Below are positions 27,905 through 34,407 of a stretch of DNA of 34,407 nt, in pieces. Under the pieces are notes generated by a model, which worked only from the letters and a program-made list of their open reading frames with translations, was not told where the DNA came from and ran no database searches. A program made the translations under genes and the position numbers. How positions within the stretch are numbered: the first letter of the stretch is position 1; every line of letters starts with the position of its first letter. Source of the stretch: a virus (lineage: Duplodnaviria; Caudoviricetes); the IMG/VR virus record IMGVR_UViG_3300011339_000348, positions 1 through 34,407 of that record; one strand, 5' to 3'.

Positions 27905-29514
27905 TGTTAGGTGAAGATGTTCTAATGGCGAGAGCATTGCGCTATAGTGTGGATAAACACAATCTCACTATTGACAGTCTCAAAACAATACCGGGACCAT
28001 TAAAAAGTTCATTAATGGATCTCAGTATTAGTATTGCTGATGATATGAAATACAATCAACTAAAGTATTTTAGACCATTCAAGCATCAAACTGAGTTTTT
28101 CAAAACAGGTATACACGAACGTAGAGGCATTCTTGCCGCTAATCGTATTGGTAAAACAGTTAGTACTTGTTTTGAGACAGCAATGCATCTCACTGGGATA
28201 TATCCTGAATGGTGGGAAGGTCATCGCTATGAAGGACCTATCACAGCAATGGTTGCTGGTGAGGGATGGAGCCAAGTTGCTCTTGTATTACAAAATGAAT
28301 TGTTAGGAACGCAAGATGTCAAAATCACTGAAAATCTTGGATCTGGTGCTATACCACGTGAGTGTATTGTTACTAGTACTATGCGTAATGATGGGGCAAA
28401 CAACATTGGTTGCGAGATTAAGCATAAGTCTGGTGGTAATAGCTATTTGTTATTTGCCAATTATACGCAAGAGGTACGACAACTACAGGGTTTCAAACTA
28501 AACTTAGCTGTATTTGATGAACAACCACCGGACGATTTCTTCAGTGAGATTGTTACACGTACAGCTACCACACAAGGTAAGGTCCTTTGTTCCTTTACAC
28601 CATTAAAAGGATTGAATGGATTGGTTAGTAAGTTTTGGAACCGTGAAGAAGGATACAACTATATTCGTGTTGCTTGGGATGATGTTCCAGAATACGATCC
28701 TTGGGGTCATCCATTCTTATTAAAAGAAACACGCAGACAACTAGAACGTGATTACTTACCACACGAACGTGAAGCACGTATGGCAGGTAAGCCTGTTATG
28801 GGTAAAGGTGCTGTGTTCCAAATCAATAACTGGCCTACATATAAAACGGGTGAAGTTGATTTTACTAGAATGCCAAACATTCATAGAGTTATCGCACTTG
28901 ACTTGGGCTTAGTTAATGACAAGACTGTTATATCATTAATGTATTGGGAACCACACGAACGAACAGCATACTTACATAAACAGATTATTGTGCAGGGCAT
29001 AGAAGAAGCTGTCCCTACACAATACATTAATCATTTGCTTAGACCTGAAGTGTTTGGTACACCGATTGTGTTACCTGCTGACGCTAACACTTCAGGTCGC
29101 TATACTATGAGTGCGGCATCAATACGTGAACTGTTTGAAAGCTACGAACTTAACGTGTATGAAAAAGCCATTATGAATCCTCCAGATAGTGAAGGTCGTA
29201 CAACTAATCACAAAAGTTATGGTATCAATCAAATGCGTCAGATGTTAGAAGTGGGAAGTTTGATGATTAACGAAAATTGTACAAACTTTCTAAGTGAAGC
29301 ACAAAACTATTATGTAGATGTACAGGGTAGATTTAGTGACCCAGACGATTGTATTGATAGTTGTAGATATGCTATACTGGCTTGTCTAAATGGAATTGCT
29401 GAACCTTGGGACAATCGTAGTCCTCAACAAAGAATGGCAGCACAACGTGACCGCTACGTTAAATATGATGATAGCAATAAACCAGCTTGGAAGAAAGCAT
29501 ATTCAGCAAATTAA
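27904..29514 (+). CDS. terL: Terminase large subunit (P22-like)
   Basis: Walker A AANRIGKT, Walker B AVFDEQPP, coupling motif SFTPLKG, nuclease IALDLG...DDCIDSCRYA. Confidence 0.95.
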   Translation: MLGEDVLMARALRYSVDKHNLTIDSLKTIPGPLKSSLMDLSISIADDMKYNQLKYFRPFKHQTEFFKTGIHERRGILAANRIGKTVSTCFETAMHLTGIYPEWWEGHRYEGPITAMVAGEGWSQVALVLQNELLGTQDVKITENLGSGAIPRECIVTSTMRNDGANNIGCEIKHKSGGNSYLLFANYTQEVRQLQGFKLNLAVFDEQPPDDFFSEIVTRTATTQGKVLCSFTPLKGLNGLVSKFWNREEGYNYIRVAWDDVPEYDPWGHPFLLKETRRQLERDYLPHEREARMAGKPVMGKGAVFQINNWPTYKTGEVDFTRMPNIHRVIALDLGLVNDKTVISLMYWEPHERTAYLHKQIIVQGIEEAVPTQYINHLLRPEVFGTPIVLPADANTSGRYTMSAASIRELFESYELNVYEKAIMNPPDSEGRTTNHKSYGINQMRQMLEVGSLMINENCTNFLSEAQNYYVDVQGRFSDPDDCIDSCRYAILACLNGIAEPWDNRSPQQRMAAQRDRYVKYDDSNKPAWKKAYSAN

Positions 29515-29523
29515 GGAATAGAA

Positions 29524-30732
29524 ATGAATTGGAAAGTAATAAATGGTAACAGTGCCGAAATACTGAAAACATACCCAGACAATAGTTTTGACTGCGTAGT
29601 CACAGACCCACCATATGGTATCAACTTCTTAGGTAAGAGTTGGGATAATAATACAGGTGATCGTGAAGTGTATGAACAATGTTTAAGAGTGTTAAAGCCA
29701 GGTGGTCATCTACTTGCGTTTAGTGCGGCACGAACATATCATCATCTTGCTATGACTGTTGAGACAGTTGGCTTTGAGATTAGAGACCAGATTATGTGGA
29801 TCTATGGTAGTGGCTTCCCTAAATCGCAAGATGTTGGAAGACAGATTGATAAGTCACAAAATAAGGGTAAATTTATTGGAACTGGTGCTACACAAATGAG
29901 TGGTGGACCAAAAGAATTTCCTGATGGAGCACTGCCTCGTAGTGAGAAGATGATACACGAACCAGAAACAGATGAAGCAAAACAATGGAGTGGTTGGGGC
30001 ACACAACTAAAACCCGCACACGAACCAATCGTTATGGCACGAAAGCCTGTTATTGGTAGTATTAGACTGAACGTGTTAGAGTATGGCACTGGAGCAATCA
30101 ATATTGATGCTACTCGTGTTAGTGGTGAGGCAAGAACTATCCCTGTACCATCTAATACTGAACGAAATGATAATACAATGTTTGGATTAAATCCAATGAT
30201 TACGCACGAACGAGTTGAAACTACTATTGGTCGCTTCCCATCAAATGTAATATTAGACAGTGAAGCAGGACAGATATTAGATGAGCAAGCACCTAAAGTT
30301 GGTAATCTATTCAGTGGTAAAAGAACCAAGTCATCAACTACTGGATCAGGTCATAGTTTAGTAAAAGAAAAACACGAAGGTGAAGACAATGGCGTGTTTG
30401 ACGGATTAGGTGGTGCAAGTCGTTTCTTCTATTGCGCTAAAGTCAGTGGTAAAGAACGACATATTGGTATAGCAGAAAACAATCACCCAACAGTGAAGCC
30501 AATAGAACTAATGAAGTATCTTATCAAGTTAGTCACACCACCAAATGGTCACATATTAGATCCGTTCAATGGTAGTGGCTCAACAGGATGTGCGGCAGTA
30601 GAACTTGGCTTTGACTATACTGGCATAGAGTTAGACCCTAACTATGTTGAGATAGCAACTAAGCGTATTAGTCATTGGGAGCAAGAGTGTAAGCCCAAGA
30701 CTACATATAATAATCTGTTTGAGGAAAAATAA
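29524..30732 (+). CDS. DNA methyltransferase, N6-adenine/N4-cytosine, beta class
   Basis: N-terminal VTDPPYG; HPTVKP and C-terminal LDPFNGSGSTG. Confidence 0.95.
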   Translation: MNWKVINGNSAEILKTYPDNSFDCVVTDPPYGINFLGKSWDNNTGDREVYEQCLRVLKPGGHLLAFSAARTYHHLAMTVETVGFEIRDQIMWIYGSGFPKSQDVGRQIDKSQNKGKFIGTGATQMSGGPKEFPDGALPRSEKMIHEPETDEAKQWSGWGTQLKPAHEPIVMARKPVIGSIRLNVLEYGTGAINIDATRVSGEARTIPVPSNTERNDNTMFGLNPMITHERVETTIGRFPSNVILDSEAGQILDEQAPKVGNLFSGKRTKSSTTGSGHSLVKEKHEGEDNGVFDGLGGASRFFYCAKVSGKERHIGIAENNHPTVKPIELMKYLIKLVTPPNGHILDPFNGSGSTGCAAVELGFDYTGIELDPNYVEIATKRISHWEQECKPKTTYNNLFEEK

Positions 30733-30959
30733 TGAATAATAAGTTTTTAGCAACAGTGGGAAACAATCTTCCTACAATAATGTGTGAAGAACACGCAAAG
30801 ATGTTTGAGAAGATGATGATGATAGCAGAAGTTCCACATACGATCTATGAGATGGAAGATGAAGATTCAACAGATTTAGAATGTCAGGCCTGTAATCTTA
30901 AAGATACAGTAGATGAACTAACTAGACCCAAGATTATCTTGCCGGGTGACTATCATTGA
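30732..30959 (+). CDS. Small acidic Cys-containing protein
   Basis: 75 aa with CEEH and CQAC; coupled to the methyltransferase gene. Confidence 0.6.
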   Translation: MNNKFLATVGNNLPTIMCEEHAKMFEKMMMIAEVPHTIYEMEDEDSTDLECQACNLKDTVDELTRPKIILPGDYH

Positions 30960-30980
30960 TAGAGATAAAATAGGTATGAC

Positions 30981-30986
30981 TAAATA
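30981..30986 (+). promoter_or_regulatory. TAAATA late-promoter-like motif
   Basis: gacTAAATAgtag upstream of the portal ATG 31014. Confidence 0.7.
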
Positions 30987-31013
30987 GTAGATACTAAAGG
31001 TAAAAGCCCCATT

Positions 31014-33296
31014 ATGTTAGATATCAAAAATATCCCAGTTGAGAACATCAATCAAAATAGAACGCAAAACGCAAGATTCGTCCGTATGAAGAACCAGATG
31101 GATGTGAAAATGGCAAGCTATTTGCGCTATTTAGGCACCAAAAACGCAGTCAATCGTGCCAGTGATTATCACTATCTATGTCTTGCTGTAACGGATTCAA
31201 CAGCGCCCGTGAATGGCATTGACTACATTCACCCATCCGTAAAACCCGTAGTAGATTACGCAACAGCAGTAGTCGCTAAGGGATTAATGCCAAATGGCGA
31301 AATCAACTTTGAGTTTGTAGCAGATACAGAAGATGATGAAATAGCCGCACGTCAAGCCAGCGATATGGTCAGTAAAGTTGTCAACCAAATGAATGATCCA
31401 CACTTCATCTTAGAACGTTGGATTATGGATGCGATGATGCACAAGAATGGTATGATGATGATTAAGCCCATACGTGAGCCTATCACCCGTTATGTAGAAA
31501 CACAGGGTACATTAGACCAACTACGTGCATTTGAACAACAAGCAGGTGACAGTGGATTAACCGCATTACGTCAATCTAAACGCAAAGTCAGTGTTGAGAT
31601 GGATAAAGTTATTGCTGAAGTTCAACAACTTGTGGGTGAGCAACAAAGCGAGTTAGCAAAGTCTATGGTAGAAAGTCGTATGAATAGTATGATGCAAATG
31701 CCAGAAGATATGGATCCAGAATCAATGGCAATGGAACAAGAAGAAATAACTGCTGGTTCTATTGAAAGCCAAGAAGAAATACTTAACAGTGCTATCAATC
31801 GCAATACAATCTATTCAGCAAAATACAAACTAACTGGTTACAATATCAACGTTAGATTTCACCCAATTGCTCAACACTATTGGATCTGTGATCCTACTGT
31901 GCCTGAGATGAAGGATCAACCATTCTGTGGTTACTACGATCCAATGAGCATACAAGAAGCAATGGAGTTATATCCAGGCATCAACTTGGAAGAGTTTAGA
32001 ACTCACGCAGAATACAATATGAATGGTGCATATCAAGCAGGTAGTGTATTAAACAACTTAGCCATTCACGCACGTGATAGTGTTCCAGTTATGGGTATCC
32101 CTGTTAGTAGTGCGGCAAGTGCTGATCCAGATAGTCGTCAGATATCAGTTGTTACAGTTTGGAACAGATATGATATTGACGGTGACGGTGAGTTAGAACT
32201 TGTTGAGTTGATTTACTCTGGTTCATACATTATTAGTGCGAGGGAAGTTGAGTTTATACCAGTCGCTAATATGTGTCCTAAGCCACTACCAGGCAACTTC
32301 TATGGTATGAGTGTTGCTGAATCAGTGATACCTATGCAAGAATACAACACTTCAGCCGCACGTGCCGAGATACAGTTAGGACTATTAACAGCAACTCCTC
32401 GTATTGGTGTTAAACCAGACAGATTAGACTTTGAAATGTTACAAGATGGCGAAAGTGCTATCTTTATCTTAGACAGTAAGTTTGATCCAACAAAAGACAT
32501 TTATCAACTACCTCCCCCATCAGGTAATCTACAGTTCTTGGAAGTTGCTATGAATCGCATACAACAAGATACAATGGCTATGGTTGGAATGACTACACCT
32601 GCTGATGTGTTCAATCCAGAAGTAATGGCTCCTGGTAACAGTGGTATCAAGTTACAGTTAGCATTAAGTCCTAATCAAATCATACAAGACAATACAGTTC
32701 GTAACAGTGCTGAAGGTCTTAGAGAAGCATTATGGTTAGTATGGCGTACATTAGTTCAGTATGGTGATGATTATGGTGTTCGTAAGTTAGCACAACAGTT
32801 TAATCCAACTAAGAAAGCAGAGTTCTTAGATTATGTGTCTTGGGACGATATGAACTTCTGTGATAGAAAACAGATACGTATGGAACTAAGTTTGGGTATG
32901 ATGAGTGAAGAAAATGCATTGGGCAGATTACAAATCATTCAAAAGTGCCAACAAGATTTATATCAAACAACTACAAGTATGGTAACAGCAGGCACGTTGA
33001 CCAAAGAAGTATATCAGAAAGTTAAGAAGCCATTCGCTGATACATTGTATGTATTGGGCGTAAAAGATTGCGATAGTTATCTACCAAGTGATAGTGAAGT
33101 AGAACAGATGATTAAACAAGGTCAAGAAGCAATGAAGAACCGTGAGCCCTCACCAAGAGATAAGAAAGATTTATCAAGTGCTAATCTTGACGATGTAAAA
33201 GCAAAACAAATAGAAATGGAAGTTGCCGGAACTGACGCTGAAAGTCAGCTAGATTTTATGGCGATGGCAGCAGGGGATCCAAAAGTTTATTCGTAA
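31014..33296 (+). CDS. Portal protein (P22/SU10-like)
   Basis: 760 aa. EDDEIAARQASD, DAMMHKNG, DIDGDGELEL and FYGMSVAE..IPMQ motifs; located between terL and scaffold. Confidence 0.9.
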   Translation: MLDIKNIPVENINQNRTQNARFVRMKNQMDVKMASYLRYLGTKNAVNRASDYHYLCLAVTDSTAPVNGIDYIHPSVKPVVDYATAVVAKGLMPNGEINFEFVADTEDDEIAARQASDMVSKVVNQMNDPHFILERWIMDAMMHKNGMMMIKPIREPITRYVETQGTLDQLRAFEQQAGDSGLTALRQSKRKVSVEMDKVIAEVQQLVGEQQSELAKSMVESRMNSMMQMPEDMDPESMAMEQEEITAGSIESQEEILNSAINRNTIYSAKYKLTGYNINVRFHPIAQHYWICDPTVPEMKDQPFCGYYDPMSIQEAMELYPGINLEEFRTHAEYNMNGAYQAGSVLNNLAIHARDSVPVMGIPVSSAASADPDSRQISVVTVWNRYDIDGDGELELVELIYSGSYIISAREVEFIPVANMCPKPLPGNFYGMSVAESVIPMQEYNTSAARAEIQLGLLTATPRIGVKPDRLDFEMLQDGESAIFILDSKFDPTKDIYQLPPPSGNLQFLEVAMNRIQQDTMAMVGMTTPADVFNPEVMAPGNSGIKLQLALSPNQIIQDNTVRNSAEGLREALWLVWRTLVQYGDDYGVRKLAQQFNPTKKAEFLDYVSWDDMNFCDRKQIRMELSLGMMSEENALGRLQIIQKCQQDLYQTTTSMVTAGTLTKEVYQKVKKPFADTLYVLGVKDCDSYLPSDSEVEQMIKQGQEAMKNREPSPRDKKDLSSANLDDVKAKQIEMEVAGTDAESQLDFMAMAAGDPKVYS

Positions 33297-33304
33297 TATA
33301 AATG

Positions 33305-33312
33305 TATAAATA
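33305..33312 (+). promoter_or_regulatory. TATAAATA late-promoter-like motif (head operon)
   Basis: Exact T4 late consensus upstream of the 33334-scaffold-capsid unit. Confidence 0.75.
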
Positions 33313-33333
33313 GATTACAACAATGGAATAGAA

Positions 33334-33678
33334 ATGATTAATGACAATACGATAGATTTTTTTAATAACAGATTAACAGTTGATTTAAGTAATATAAACA
33401 AGCTCACCCCTGCTCAACAGGATAGAGTTAGACATTACGGAAGTCAAGCAGAAGCATTGCTTAAGAATAAAGACTTAGCAATGTTCGTGCATCATTTTAA
33501 GTTTGAGTGTGCTGACAACTTAGCAAGTATAAGAGGTCATACACCAGACGATAATATGCAACGAGTTTCGTTATGTAACGAACTCGCTGGAATAGACAGT
33601 TTCATTACTTCTTTGAAAAAAGCAGTATATTTGAAAAATAAGCTCGGTAACACTAACGTGCCCGATGATAAAACATAA
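33334..33678 (+). CDS. Small protein between portal and scaffold
   Basis: 114 aa, helical (GSQAEALLKN); position typical of this podovirus layout. Confidence 0.7.
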   Translation: MINDNTIDFFNNRLTVDLSNINKLTPAQQDRVRHYGSQAEALLKNKDLAMFVHHFKFECADNLASIRGHTPDDNMQRVSLCNELAGIDSFITSLKKAVYLKNKLGNTNVPDDKT

Positions 33679-33688
33679 GGAAACATAA

Positions 33689-34407
33689 ATGGAAACAACG
33701 ACAAGTCCTAACACTGAAAACAGTGCGGTCGCAAGTCAAAGTGCAGTTACAAGCGATGCATCTATTGCCGCTAAAATGGCCGCTATGCGTGAAAACACAG
33801 AGCGTAACCTAATTAGACAGCAAGCAGAGCAACCTGCAACAGGAGGTGAGGAATCGGCAGAAACTTCAAACCCTGTGGCCCCCAGCGATAATGCTGAAGC
33901 CGAAGTTGGTGATACCAATGATAATAGTAATGTTAGCGACAATCAAGAAACAGATAGCCCTCAAGAGGTAACTACTGGTAGTAATGAGAGTTCAGCAGAA
34001 GATTTGATTGACTTTATTGAATTCGCAGATACAAACCCGAACGCTAAGTTCAAGTTTATGCGAAATGGTAAAGAAGTCGTAATAGATGCTAAAAAAGCCG
34101 CGGCAATACTAGGTCAGGGATCAGCAATACACGAAGAAGCAAGAGAGTTAAAAATCCAGAGGGCTGAGTTTGATGAATATCTTAATCAACAAAGAGCACA
34201 GCAAGAGGGTTTGACTTTAGCGATGGAATTTACCGTTCAACCGCAGTTGCAAAAAGCGTATGATGAGATTGTGAAAACACAAAACTATCAAACAACATTT
34301 CAACAGCAGATACAGCGCACTAATGATCCTGCAACACAAGCAAGGATTCAGGCAGCAATGCAACAGAACGAACAGTATATCAGGCAACAACAGGCTGTAA
34401 TAGGTCA
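33689..34407 (+). CDS. Capsid scaffolding protein, N-terminal part (not in ORF track; wraps to 636)
   Basis: SD aagga and ATG 33689; acidic disordered N-terminus, KFKFMRNGKEVVI; open to the window end. Confidence 0.8.
   Translation, partial: METTTSPNTENSAVASQSAVTSDASIAAKMAAMRENTERNLIRQQAEQPATGGEESAETSNPVAPSDNAEAEVGDTNDNSNVSDNQETDSPQEVTTGSNESSAEDLIDFIEFADTNPNAKFKFMRNGKEVVIDAKKAAAILGQGSAIHEEARELKIQRAEFDEYLNQQRAQQEGLTLAMEFTVQPQLQKAYDEIVKTQNYQTTFQQQIQRTNDPATQARIQAAMQQNEQYIRQQQAVIG
34217..34407 (+). repeat. Terminal direct repeat, copy 2
   Basis: Identical to 1-191. Confidence 0.97.

Noticed and set aside
34217-34407. 191-bp repeat as a true physical terminal repeat
   Set aside because: It falls mid-gene and the terminase is P22-like (headful type), so an assembly overlap is more likely.
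1-34407. Stop-codon reassignment or programmed frameshifts
   Set aside because: The standard code gives dense, intact genes; no split genes were seen.

Overview
The window is a complete, circularly permuted genome of a small podovirus-like dsDNA phage. Bases 1-191 are repeated exactly at 34217-34407, giving a unit length of about 34,216 bp. It carries a P22/SU10-type morphogenesis set: large terminase, portal, scaffold (spanning the contig ends), major capsid, adaptor, long fibre, nozzle and ejection-type proteins. Accessory genes include Dps/ferritin, a GT4 glycosyltransferase, a GNAT-like protein, a DNA methyltransferase and an HNH endonuclease. The early/replication region is only about 3 kb. 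It holds one sigma70 promoter, a minimal family-A-polymerase-like protein with 39-bp direct repeats, and structured non-coding segments. I could not recognise any integrase, repressor, helicase, primase, SSB, sigma factor or endolysin. The main signal is a TAAATA (T4-late-promoter-like) motif in about 15 intergenic positions. It sits on the correct strand even for the single reverse gene and often lies 4-6 nt before a leaderless ATG, yet no cognate sigma factor is encoded. This suggests a virion-encoding satellite that borrows late transcription, and perhaps replication and lysis, from a large T4-like helper phage (inference). A candidate late-expressed multi-hairpin RNA has arms complementary to Shine-Dalgarno/AUG regions. 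CATG appears to be absent from the genome. All family assignments come from motif recognition and synteny, not database searches.
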